From Sphyrna mokarran (taxonomy: Eukaryota), in NCBI GenBank assembly GCA_024679065.1, contig JAGIQG010000017.1, positions 33,666,001 through 33,730,000 of the forward strand: a stretch of DNA of 64,000 nt, given 5' to 3'. Numbering within the stretch: the first letter of the stretch is position 1; every line of letters begins with the position of its first letter. A model generated the notes under the pieces. The model was not told the DNA's origin. It searched no databases and was given only the letters and a program-made list of their open reading frames with translations. This document shows, piece after piece, positions 11,966 through 24,146 of this stretch. Both the position numbers and the translations under genes were made by a program.

Positions 11966-14900
11966 AAAGAAATAATTTCACCAATAAATTATACATGGCA
12001 TTGCCCATAGTCACTTCACACTTTAAATTTTCAGACAAGATGGTAATGCAATTGGAAGTGAGTCTGCAAGAAGCCCACACTATAGAGCCATTGAGTGGTC
12101 ACAGCCAAACTGTGCTCTGGCAGCTGATATAACAGAAATGAGCGGTCAATGCTGAGTTAGTGATTTACAATGTAAACATTGACTCATAATGTGACTAAAT
12201 ATCATAACAACTTGAAGTACGATTTGAGGGCAGGAAGCAGCACTCTGAGTTTTTTTTTCCCAAATGTTATATGGATAAGGTTCCAACCTCAGCAGCTGAT
12301 AAGCCATAAGAGATATGTGCTATCAATATGCTTAAGTGTGCATATCGCGTTTATTATTGCTCATGGACCATATGCTTCATTGAGAAAAGTGTCAGTGTTT
12401 TGTCTATACTTATTCCCTCAGGTAATGCTGTATATGTGATTCAACAGCAGAAACTCATGAAAAGGTTAGCCAGAGTACATTATCTCATGAACATATATTT
12501 TAATTAAATAATGAACTATCCAATCTCTAATCAAATTAACTACTAAACCTTATACCTAAAAACAGCTGCAATTACATTCCGCTGCTTAAAATTCATTTTG
12601 ATTTAATCCTGGTTCCCAGTCTCTATTTCATTTGTACAGTGTTAATTTCAGAGGCCCCCGGTCATACTCCCACTATGAGTAGGACAATAAGAGACAAGGT
12701 AATAATGGTAATCAATATTATTAAGAAACTAAAATCCGTGATAAGACACAATATTGACATTGCTAATTCTGCTTAAATCCCAGCTGTCAGCAGTTCAATT
12801 TTTCGACACTGGCATCTCATTTGAAGCTCACGACAGTTCTCAACGTATATAATCAGTTATAATATAAACCATTACGGTTTACGAAAACTGGAATGCTGGT
12901 AGTGCATACAATCTCCAAAGCAACTGCATTTCTTTTTAATATTGGAGCCTGAGTCACCATTGTTTAAACATTATGATTTCCAAAAGCTGTCACATCACAA
13001 TACATTAACAATTGCATTTTTAAAAGACCTATTTTTCCTCTGTGATACAGCTCCAGAGAGGGTCAGGAAAACCTTTCTATAATGGATCACTGAGCTCTTT
13101 TTATCCATTGGTTGTTAATTCCTTATTACTGATGAGACCAATCTGCAAGTTTCACATTGTGGCTGATTGTAATAAATTATCATTTATTCAGGCCTTTAAT
13201 GACTTAAACATACATTAAATCAGACTATCATGAAAATTAAGGTAAATTATTTCAAAAATTTAAATTGCTCAGTTTAGAAATGATTCTTTTTTAAAAAAAG
13301 GAATATTTCTGCCTCGTATAAATTCGATAAGACATCTAGTTGTTTTCCCTGAGTTTAAAACAAATACAATATAAATGTTATTGTTGAATAAATGCTCCTT
13401 GAGTTAAAAATAGCAGCACATAATAATGAAAAGCCAGCAAGGCAATCATTTATTTGTATCTTTTTCCTTGTCTTCTGAATGTAAATTTTATTCTGGAATA
13501 AATATTCATTCAGTTAAAAGAAATCCAGATAAACTAAAAACATACATGTAGGAAACAAAATAGCACAATCTTGAATTTATAATTTGTGACAATGTTCAAT
13601 AGTGACGTAAGTGTTTTGGTGGAATTTTTACTCTGAAATACATCGCTTTGAATGTTTAATTAGACAAAATTCAAGTCACTTGGCATTGAGAGTATAATTT
13701 ATTTCCAGCTCCTTCCCGTCTGGAAATAGCACAAATGCGAGCGCTTTGGAACCAAGTTCAGCCAAGATTACCAAAACACAAATGGGACAGATCACAGGGG
13801 GGTCATTTTCTCAAAACATGGAACCAAACAAGTAGTCCGCAAGCCAAAAGGGAACAGAAACTGCTCAGGATGAATGCCAGATCTGCAGCCACCCTCCTTC
13901 TACCTTTCCAATTCTCAGCCCTGCTTAATTATGATTAATTGCTGCATGGATAATCAGATACAGCTTCAAAGGTTGGCGATGACAGTCCAAGGACACCGGG
14001 GAAGAAGCAAGGTAAGTATTCATGAGGAAACCAGGTCTCTTCTTCAGCCTGTAACCTCTCTTATTTTAACATTTCCAAATAGAATTAATAAGAACATTAT
14101 ATGGTTCAGGCACTTGGGGAATAGATTCGGCTGCACAATTCTACTGCTGTCATTTTTAGAGCTCATGTCAATAATTTCATGTTTGCGTGCCTTTCTCTGA
14201 ATGACAGCAGTTTTAACTTTCTGTTTTATGTCTCTGCTTTCTGGGTGGCAAGCACGATCAGAAAATAAAAAAAACAGCTGAAGGTTGGACTCATGAAGTA
14301 GCTCGGATTAATAGACTGCATTTTTCACCCCCTCCCCTTTTTGTTTCCTGTGCTCAATTCGGCACAAGCAACGGACATTGTAGAACATTTTTAGTTACCA
14401 GCCTTCCCCTCTATTGAAATCCCTTTGGCAAAGGCATTGATCACAGTATGCCATTTCCAACCTAACAGAACTGCTAGGCCTAGTTCAACTCGTAATATTA
14501 CTAGGAGGCAAATCCCTATGTTCCAGGCGCCAGTATTTCTACTTTGGCTCCTTTCCCAGTATTGTTCCCTTCGTTACATACCAAAGTGCCTCTCAACCAG
14601 TTAATGTCTGCTATGGGAGGTCTGCTTATCCAAGGCTCAGTGCTGGACTTTAAAGAATCCAAAATGCCAACCGGTCTTGGACAAAAGCGTTTTTTAAAAC
14701 TTGCGTCGGGTTCAATTAAGTATTATGCAATGAGGCAGTTATTTTGAATGATCAGTATGGCTTGTTTTATGCAATAACAAATGACTGGTCCTTAACTGAA
14801 AATTGCTTGAAAGCTGAAACCACAGAAGACATCGTTATTTTCAGATTATACTGATTTTAAGCTTCATTATTCACAGCATTTTCCATTTCTTGTCTTACCT

Positions 14901-15280
14901 ATATTTATCAATATGTAGATATAAAGTGCACAGCAAAACTGAAAACCAACTTCAGGTAATAGGAGAAAAATAATTATTTTGACTGGTAAATATTTTCTGT
15001 CAATCAGTAAAGATCACCAGTATTATATATCTTGTGTATCTCAATGTATTCTGTATTCTACTTTAGAATAAGCTTGTAGTTCATTTGAAATGATCAATAA
15101 CTGCATTTAACTATATATAAAAAATACAAATAGAATGAAAACTTTAATATCCAATAGTTGTCATGATATTGTTTCCATACAGAAGCCAGAAGTCAGAAAA
15201 GAACCTATTAAAAAATTTCCTCCTCACACTGTCCATTGCAAAGATATTCAGCTTTTTTGCTGCAATAGTCAATTTTAGAG

Positions 15281-15594
15281 ATCATGGAATCCCTAAGGTG
15301 CAGGAGGTAGCCATTCAGCCCATCGAGCCTGCATGACAACATTCCCACCCAGGCCCTTTCCCCGTAACCCCAAGTATTTACCCTGCTAATCCCCCTGGAA
15401 CTAAGGAGCGATTTAGCATGGCCAATCAACCTAACCCACTCAGCTTTGGCCTGTGCGAGAAAACCGGAGTACCCGGAGAAAATCCACACAGACACTGGGA
15501 GAACATGGACAGTGATCCAAGAGTGGAATTGAATTTGGATTCCTGGCGCTCCCTCCAAGGCCAATCAGTGTTAACCACCATGTTGCTGTGCTGC
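15281..15594 (-). mobile_element. HE1/V-SINE-like SINE, near full length
   Basis: The head, V core and CR1-type tail are all present on the minus strand. Confidence 0.88.
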
Positions 15595-15756
15595 TTTGCA
15601 AACTCACATTGTTGATGCTGGCTCTTTATTTCTATGTTTCTGCCTATCACAGAACCAGGACTCAGGAGCAAAGAGCATGAGTTGCAAATATAAACAGTTG
15701 AGTCTATGCTGTACATCTTTAAGATGTTGCTCACATAGTTACATATACAAATGATA

Positions 15757-15927
15757 TCATAGAATCATAGAATCCCTACACTGCAGAAAGAGGCTATTTG
15801 GCCCATCGAATTTGCATTGCTGACACTCCGAACTAGGCCTTATCTCCATAACGACATATACTTACCTTATCAATCACCCTGATACTTAGGAGAAATTTAC
15901 CATAGCCAATCAATTTAATCCACACAT
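15757..15927 (-). mobile_element. HE1-like SINE 3' fragment
   Basis: tcatagaatcatagaatccctacactgcagaaagaggctatttggcccatcg is the SINE tail on the minus strand. Confidence 0.8.
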
Positions 15928-17842
15928 TGTATTCTCTTTCTTTTGTTACTGATTTCCTTATCAGGTCTTCCTCCACCACCACCTTGTCTAGACAGGCAGT
16001 TGAACTGTTCTGAGGCCTCTGCCAATGCTGCTATATAACTGGTTTTCAATAGGCAAGAAAATAAGAACCAGCTGTTTGCACCTCTTCACCCTTCAATTTT
16101 CCTCACTTGTCATGGAAAAGCAGGTTTCTCTCGTGCGCCACCTAATGCCCCAGTGGAGGTTGAGGAAAGCTGGCTATGTAGGAAACTATATGCAGAACAT
16201 TCTAGCACCTTATGTTAAAATGTAGCTATATATTCCTGATGGACCTAAAAGGACAGGCTTCATCATAGTTACGTCAAGAGGATATTTTAAGCAGGGCATT
16301 TTCTTTGATCATACCTATTGGGTAAAGTATTTTGACAGAAGAATCTATCATTAATGGCACCTAAAAATAAGGCTACCTTTTTTGATCTCCTCAGTGGGTA
16401 CTATTTTATAACTTAATGGCGATGGTAGGCTGTGGTAGCATTATCTTTATTGTATGAGATATGAACCAATAAATGCTGGCTCGCCAGAAAATATAGCCCT
16501 TCTTTTGTTAAAACCCCTCCTCTGACCATTATTAAATTAAAAGGAATAGGATACTCCTAATAGCCCTTCACCTTGTCTTCTTGTTTGTATAGCACAGCAT
16601 AATTTATGCTAAATGAGTTTAAGATTCCTATGCAAAATACACATTCACAAATGCCACAGAATCAGTTCATCAAAAACCGCTAATTCATTTACATTCATTA
16701 TGACATACTAATTTACTAGTATGCCAAATTACAGTCTTCAGAATTAGGAAAAAATTACAAGCAATTACTGGGAAGTGAACAACACCTTAAAGATGAACAA
16801 GATAAGCTCAATTAGTTATCATAGCTTTTAACAAACTGTTATTTGTTGTGCAGAACCTTCCAAAATTCTTAAAACCCATAAAGCTACCTGAAGATTTGGA
16901 AATAATGCAGCTGCCACATTTGGTCATAATCTTTGTGTAAAAGTATTTGAGAAATATTATTTTAGTCTAATAAACAAAGTTCATATATTTATGATTTATG
17001 TCAGCACCTATGTCATCACATTCTTGCAACCCATGCATTTCGACTTCACGTTTAGTTTAAATTTGGGAATGTCTGTGGAGCCAGTGTTTGGGGAGCCATA
17101 ACAGACTTAATCCCTTTCTCTTTTTAAAACTTTTAAAAAACTAAAATATTTGCCACTGAGTGTTGAATTATAGGCTGGACCTATAACATAAATCCAAATG
17201 GTGAGGTCATTTATAATATGATGTGTTGTAAGGGAATTTCATTATGTTTAAAAGAATGTAAAATGTGTCAATTTGATTCAAATGAGAAGTATATTAAAAC
17301 CATGCTCGATGTTCCTGTGTAATAAATCTTCAACAGTCTTCTGTAAAGGATTCTGGAAATCCATAGGGAATCTAGCATTATAACGACGATGCATACTGAA
17401 CTGGAAAATTTTTTGTTGTTGAAATTTACCAGATGGGGTAAAAGACAAGTAAGGACATAGCCCCATACTGTGAGTTGGTGAATGACCTCTGTTGCATATG
17501 TAAGGTGAGATTATTGTAGAAATCTTATCGTTACTGCAGTTTCATTCAATTTCTTCCTTCATCCCATTCTTTAGGTTTATCAGAGTTAATAATGCTACAT
17601 GTGCTGAAGTGCACATTTTGCAAAATCTGATTTTAAATATTTAATTGTAAAAGGGGAAAAAACGGTTTTAGGTGGATGATGGCTGAGATACTTATTTTGT
17701 CTATTGCATATGCAAATTTTCAACTAGTTTCAGCAAAATTGGTTGTTTACCTTTGGAATATTTCACTGTTCTGCAATCACATAAAACTATATATCCTTTT
17801 CTCTAACTTTGCTCTACACCTCAGTTCAAGGTTTGTGCTTTT

Positions 17843-18012
17843 TTTTATTCATTAATGTCACAAATAGGCTTATATTAGCACTGCAATGAAATTATTGTGA
17901 AAAATCCCCTAGTCGCCTCATTCCAGCACCTGTTCGGGCACACAGAGGGAGAATTTAGCCAATGCACCTAATCAGAGCGTCTTTCAGACTGAGAGAGGAA
18001 ACTGGAGCATCC
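17843..18012 (-). mobile_element. V-SINE type-b 3' half
   Basis: It matches the tail region of the copy at 5630-5920. Confidence 0.8.
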
Positions 18013-18198
18013 ACAATGGTTAGCACTGTTTCTCACAGCACCAGGGACCTGGATCCAATTCTGGCCTCGATTCACAGTTTGAGTGGAGTTTCCATATTCT
18101 ATGCGTGGGTTTCCTCCAGTGCTCCAGTTTCCTCCCTTTCTCCAAAGGTATGCAGGTCAAGTTGATTAGCCAGGCTGAATTTGCCCTTTATGTCAGAG
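18013..18198 (+). mobile_element. HE1/V-SINE 5' half
   Basis: caatggttagcactgtttctcacagcaccagggacc...tgcgtgggtttcctccagtgctccagtttcctcc matches the SINE head and core. Confidence 0.8.
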
Positions 18199-18849
18199 GA
18201 TCACTTTGTTTCCTTTTGATGGTTTAGCAGCCATTTGTAGCTCTATAATTTTTAAAAGGGCTGAGGGGGTACCACAGGATGGAGGCACCCTCTGCCTCCT
18301 TTACCCACAATGGCAGCCTGCAGCTCCTTTCTGCTGGCCAGCCTCCTGTTGGCCCTCCACTGTTCTCCGCTGTTTTTAATTGGATGGCCAGCATGCCCTC
18401 TGGCCTCTGACTAACCAATCCAGCAAAAACGATCACTACAGGATCCTGACATAGTGTCGAGTCAGGACATTCAATCGTGTAGACAATAAGGTGTTACCCC
18501 AAATGGATAATCATCTCCTAACTGTCCATTCCTTTAAAGCACCAGAATGTGTGTGGTCTCTGGATAAAGGAAGGAAATAGAAATTGTGTAATTCTATATC
18601 ATAAAAGTTGCTTTGATATCCTAAGCACCTGCTGAGCAATAGAACCTTAGTTTCCCATGCATCTTGGTCGTATCTATTCTCTGCTGCACTGTAGATGTTG
18701 TTGAGCTAGCTGATTTATTTTCTTTTGGAGAACAGACACACAATCCAAAATGAAAGCATTGTTCTGTTTCTGCATTGTCGTCAAATTAGTTTCACATGTA
18801 TGGAATGACTGCTTCACCGCACAAGGTATTACATTGGTTAATGGGTGGA

Positions 18850-19040
18850 ACCTGAGCCAAAAATTTGTGGGTTCAAATCACACTCCATGAGCATACTGAG
18901 ACTACGTGAGTGCTGTACAGCCTGAACTGCCCACTTTTGGATGGAAACTTGAAACAAAGGTCCTGTTTTCCTGCTAAATTGGACATAAAACCTTCCATGG
19001 AATTGTACCTAGGGAGGAGTTCTCTCTCATGAACAGGGAA
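18850..19040 (+). mobile_element. Degraded Deu-core SINE (SacSINE1-like)
   Basis: gtgggttcaaatcacactcca...cttttggatggaaacttgaaacaaaggtcctg...ggaggagttctc is similar to the reverse complement of 57880-58312. Confidence 0.55.
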
Positions 19041-19609
19041 CGTCAGATTATTTTCTGCAAAAAGTATAGTAAATGAATGGAAAACCAGCAGTTAATGGCA
19101 TGAGAGAGATGTGATGATCTAAGGCTGTTAAAGTGAAGAGGTCTCCCTCCATCACATCCCAAAGACTGAATTGGCGAAGATCAGTATCAGACAAGTCAGT
19201 GAGGGTTTGTGTTCCAAGTTTTAGATACTTGTTTCTTTCAGGTTTTTTGTCAGAACTTCAGCTGATGTGGTCAAATTCCAGCAACACCACCAAGAATCTT
19301 CCTCATAACTGTTAGGTTTGCTCTCGAAGACAGTGATCTTTCCAAATGCTCACTATAGATTTGTGATCAGTCTGACCCAGGAAAATGGGCTGAGGATGGA
19401 GTGAACATGGAGGGGCATCTAGAAGCATTGCTTTGCCAGAACCCTATTCTGAAGGAAAGAATGAATGCACCACTGACCCAACCAATAATGCCAATTGGTT
19501 TGTATCTTTTAAAAGTTTTAAACTTAAATGTTGACTTATCTGATGTGTTACATAAATTGAAAGATAGTAAAGATATAAACATATATAAACATATAGTTCA
19601 CCGCATTCT

Positions 19610-19690
19610 TGGTGGCATATGGTGATATCACTGGACCAGTAATCCCAAGGCGCGGGCTAATGCGCCTTGGTGGAAATTAAAATTCAGTTA
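19610..19690 (+). mobile_element. 5' fragment of second tRNA-derived SINE family (family B)
   Basis: ggtggcatatggtgatatcactggaccagtaatccc matches the heads at 30680 and 32538. Confidence 0.6.
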
Positions 19691-19699
19691 ACATGGGCA

Positions 19700-20030
19700 C
19701 AAATTGCTTCAATAACTGAAAAGTTGTGAATGATGCTGAATATGGTGCAGTCATCAGCAAACATCCCCATGCCTGATCTTTATGATAGAGAGAAGTCATT
19801 GATGAAGCAGCTGAAACTGGTTGACTCTGAATACCTCCTGCAGTGATGCCTTGGGACTGAGTTGACTGACATGTACCAACCATGAGCATCTTCCTTTGTG
19901 CCAGGATTGAGTCAATTATTGGAAGGTTTTGTCCCTCATTTCTATTGACTCCAGTTTTGCTGGGGCTTCTTGAAGATACACTCAGCCAAATGCTGCCTTG
20001 ATGTCAAGAGCAGTTATTCTCACCTCACCC
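19700..20030 (-). mobile_element. CR1/L2-group LINE reverse transcriptase fragment
   Basis: The minus strand gives decayed GITAG, FSCFINDF and GMFADDCT (catcagcaaacatccc = FADD motif), plus LDIKAAF (gccttgatgtcaag). Confidence 0.8.
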
Positions 20031-20389
20031 CTATTGCTCACTTGAAAATAGATTTTTACAACAGGATGTGAAACAATATTTGTCATTTAATGTGATCTCA
20101 CACACAGCTACCTTCTTTATATGTTTCATACAGACATCCAGTTAGTGGATGTACATTAACACCATCATATTATTTAATTGATGGATTGGTGACATCATCA
20201 AGCAGTACTGGCATCAGTGTGGTACATCCATAAAGTCCAATTGTTCAGATGGTATTTTACAGGAAATAGCTGGCAACATTACCAATGGCAGAACAAGAAT
20301 TGCAGTGTATTTCTGACTTTCAATCTATTAGCTAGGCAACTGCTAAATGGATGAATCAAAAACTGTCACTGGAAGAAAATACGTTTCCT

Positions 20390-20545
20390 AGGGTGAGATT
20401 GTCAGGATCTTCCTGCTGGCAGGATCTTCCAGTCCTGCCAAAGATGACCCCTCTCCACCCAATTCCTCCCTGGATACATGCTGCTTGGATGCAGACCCCA
20501 GGGGAGATATTGTTCCCTAGCAATGGGAGGTAGAAGCCAATTGGG
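20390..20545. mobile_element. MITE-like fragment
   Basis: gggtgagatt...ggcaggatcttccagtcctgcc resembles the ends and cores at 45112 and 47501. Confidence 0.5.
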
Positions 20546-21480
20546 GAAGGCAAGGTTGAATGTGGGACCAAGAGGTCAGCAGCAGGAGCATGGTACCATT
20601 CCCCTGTATTTAGTACAGGGAAGGAAAGGCAAAAGCAACGTCACATTCATCTACATGAATGCAGATCCCCACCCCCTCACTGCTTTCCTTAATGCATCAC
20701 TCCTCAGACCAACTTCTCTTTTTGGTGCATCCATCTCTTTTTCTGAATAAATTCTTCCTCACATGCCCAGCTGTCTATCCATTGCTGACACACGCCCTTA
20801 TCCTCATACAACTATATATTCATCCACCGAATGAATACATCTAATTATTTTCAATCTCTTACTTACTTCCTTACAAGAGGAGAGTATTAGACATCAGGGA
20901 GATGTAGATGTGGCCCTGATCTGACCATTGGAGCTTTGAAGATGATTTCTTAGCTTTCTGGTGACTGCCGCATGCCACATAACACTCAGCCATGTTGACC
21001 TGATTTTGGCAGCAAATGAAATATGAGTTTGTGCATTATGATGATTTCAATTATTCTTACCTTGGCTGTACAGTGCTTATTCGCATCTTTTATTTTTCTA
21101 CAGAGCCTTCATACAGCCAGCAGGAAATGGTCAAGATTGCCAATAACAATTCCACGGCGGAGTTCAGATCCTCTGAAGGTGCAGTACCATAAGACTTGAG
21201 AGAATCATGCACCAGCTCAGATACTTGCAGTGGGGCTAGTTAGAGATAGCTATGAAAGGACATTTTTGTTCTTTTTCCAGCATTTGTTCTGTACTGTCAA
21301 ATGATTAAAAAGATATTCGTTCAGCAAAGCAGAGTTTGAGCAATTTACTAAAAAGTGCTCCAAGTGCATTACGTATGCATGCAGAGAAGTTGGAGATATC
21401 CCCCTTGAATATGAATGGATGTTGTCATAGGCATTGCAAAAATTACTTTTGTAGATATAGTGGCCAACTGCATTGAAGGA

Positions 21481-21827
21481 CAGTGCTAACTACTGTACAA
21501 TTGTGCTGCCTACATAATATAATGCAACAGTACTAGCCACTGTATCAATGTGCCAACCACACAATATATTTGAGAAACAGAATTAACCACTGTACCGCCG
21601 TGCTGTCCACATCATATAATGCAGCAACAGTGCTAACCACTGTACCATTATGCTGCCCACATAATATAATGCAATAATAGTGCTAGCCACTGCACCAATG
21701 TGCCACCCACATAATATAATGCAGCAACAGAATTAACCATTGTACCATCATGCTGCCCAGATCATATAATGCAGCAACAGTGCTAACTACTGTATCATCA
21801 TGCTGCCCATATTATATAATACAGCAA
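21481..21827. repeat. Tandem array of 7 units of about 50 bp with a 150-bp higher-order period
   Basis: Units start at 21481, 21528, 21578, 21628, 21678, 21728 and 21778. The consensus is cagtgctaaccactgtaccatyatgctgcccacataatataatgcagcaa. Confidence 0.95.
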
Positions 21828-22232
21828 TCAGAAACACATATGCAGGTCTTCCACAAGGGTTTATGCACTATGAACCCCACCTTAAATATGATGAACAAAC
21901 AATGCTTAACCTCAGGCTTTCACCTGCAACCCTGTGCTCCCAGTACAGTGGGAGCTCAGAGTTATAACTGGGCTATCAGAGGGATAACAGCAAAACCTCA
22001 TTCAGGTCATCATCTTAACCTGCTGTCTCCTGTCCCACTGGCTAAATCTGCAGGTATATGGAGCTTTCTTTGGCAGAGTCTTCATGAGATCCAAAACCTA
22101 AAAGACATCAGCCAAGATTAAATTAATAGTAAGAGGAGGAATATGAACTGTCAGTCTTCAACTCTGCTGAAGCCACAGGAATTGCACCAAATGGAAGCAC
22201 CAGGAAAAGGAAGAGTAGGAATTTACTCCCAG

Positions 22233-22307
22233 TCTGACAAAGAGTCATCCAGACTAAAAAGGTTAGCTCAGTTCTCGTTCCACAGATGCTGAGAGTCCTG
22301 CTAAGAT
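22233..22307 (+). mobile_element. Penelope-like terminal repeat fragment with decayed hammerhead motif
   Basis: ctgacaaagagtcatccagactaaaaaggttagctc...ccacagatgctg is homologous to the copies at 37711, 41897, 47935 and 55277. Confidence 0.6.
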
Positions 22308-22469
22308 GGAATGTAAACTCTTGTAGCTGATGAACATTCCTGGGTGATCTATGGCATATTAATTGTCATATGTGCAGTTGTTGAAACTCAATGCTTTGTA
22401 GGAAGCAAGACAGAGCCATGAATCCTATCACCACTCATTCTGACTGACATTATCACAAGCACAGTTGAC

Positions 22470-23125
22470 ATGATTGGCAGTCCTGGCAAACCAGCATCAA
22501 TCACCTGGTTTACTCACTTCTATCCTGTGGATTGTGAGATGCTGCAAACATTTCTCCACCAGAGTCCTGGAAGGATCGAGAGGCAGAAACACTGAGGGCA
22601 GTGATGACTTTCACAGCTGCTGGTAAAACATTGCCATCAGGCTCAGATATCAAGTCTTGCTCCAGCAGTTTTAAAATGTCTGGCACCACCTGACAAGATT
22701 CCCTGAGTCTCTTGTAACATTCCTGGGGTGGCATGTTGGCACAGGGATTAGCACTGCTGCCTCACAGGGACATGGATTCAATTCCAGCTAGGGTGATTGT
22801 GTGGAGTTTGCACATTCCCCTCGTGTTTGTGTGAGTTTCATTTGGGTGCTCAATTTCCTCCCACAGTTCAATGATATGCAGGTTAGGTGGATTAATTATG
22901 CTAAAGTGCCCCTTAGTATCTCGAGATGTGTAGATTAAATAGATTAGTCAGGGTAAATGTTTAGGATTACAGAGATATGGCAGGGAGAGAGCCTGGTACT
23001 CTGCTAGAGGGTCAGTGCAGACTCAATTATCTGAATGGTCTCGTATGCACTATAGGAATCCTATGATTCTATGAGTGAGGTTCAGAAATATTGGAGACTG
23101 TCTATTGATAGCTTTCATGTGCTGT
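22470..23125 (-). pseudogene. Harbinger transposase N-terminal relic split by a SINE
   Basis: INRQSPIFLNLT (23073-23110) continues after the SINE as QECYKRLRESCQVVPDILKLLEQDL...VLPAAVKVITALSVSASRSFQDSG, the HARBI1-like N-terminal HTH region. Confidence 0.8.
22728..23072 (+). mobile_element. HE1/V-SINE-like SINE, full length
   Basis: ggcacagggattagcactgctgcctcacag...gtggagtttgcacattc...tgcactataggaatcctatgattctatg spans head to tail. Confidence 0.9.
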
Positions 23126-24146
23126 TGAGCTCCTTCGAGCTGTATCTTTCTGCTGTCCCCTCTGCTTGTGTTATCTTGTGTACGAACATCCAACCCAAAC
23201 TTTTAATACAAGAACATCTTCAAAACATTCTCACCAATCTTGAATTTGCCAGCTTATAGCAGCATAGTGTTCATACACTGAGAACTGTTGCTGAAGAAGG
23301 ATAATGTTGATGTAACATAAATATACTCACATAACTACAGGAATGAAGTGGCCACATTGTGTATTTAAGAGAGATCGCTTACTTTGCAGTGGTAATGCGT
23401 TATTCACATCAGACACAGGAGAAACTGCGGTGAGGAATTAGCTGGAGCGATCATTTACAGGAGAGCAGGTTAGATGCTCTTTCCCACTTTCAAGGATTTT
23501 TGCCCTGCAGTAACAGCATTCAATTTTCCGCTTGCTTTGGATTATTTTGGCAGAGGAGGGCCAGCAAGAGGAAATGGCTGTCCACGATGCCAATTGGCAC
23601 ACTTTTGAATATAAATCCTGCCAATCTGCTGCACAGCACGTTTCCAATGCCAAACACAGCTATTTGTTAATGAGAACAGAAATGTTCCTAAGGAGCCTGA
23701 ATTCAGAAAATAGGCATTGCCATAGCTGTGTTTTCACCAAGAGCTCCACTCAACAAGTGATATCTATACAGCGCTGATGCTGTACAGGGTCATAGCTCAA
23801 GTCAACGTAACTCTCAGCTGGGTTTTCTTTTGGCACTGCTTCATTGTCCAGTGATATGTCAATAGATTTTTAGGTATTATTAAATTCGGCAGATTTCTTC
23901 GTATATTTTGTCACTGATCACCAAATGCAGCTCAACAACAGATACAATTCCACACTACTGCTGCCTTTCCCAAAGCTTAAAGGCCCCTTACTAAGGCACA
24001 ATAGTTTTTGGCTCTGCATTTTTATCTGAATGTGAAATGTGTTTGGTGACCTGAGCACTGCTGGAAGGGAACTTTGACTACTGCCAACACATGTTTGAAA
24101 AATACAAGGATTTTCCAGGCAATGACTATAATGTCGAAATGCTGTT

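Noticed and set aside
21061-21250. Possible exon on either strand (minus-strand AAG|GTAAGA donor; plus-strand tttttctacAG acceptor)
   Set aside because: Minus-strand frames from the plausible acceptors hit stops before the donor. The plus-strand donor (GTGCAG) is weak and the peptides are unrecognised.
21481-21827. CRISPR-like array
   Set aside because: The units are contiguous with no unique spacers, there are no cas genes, the context is vertebrate, and the unit derives from a SINE head.
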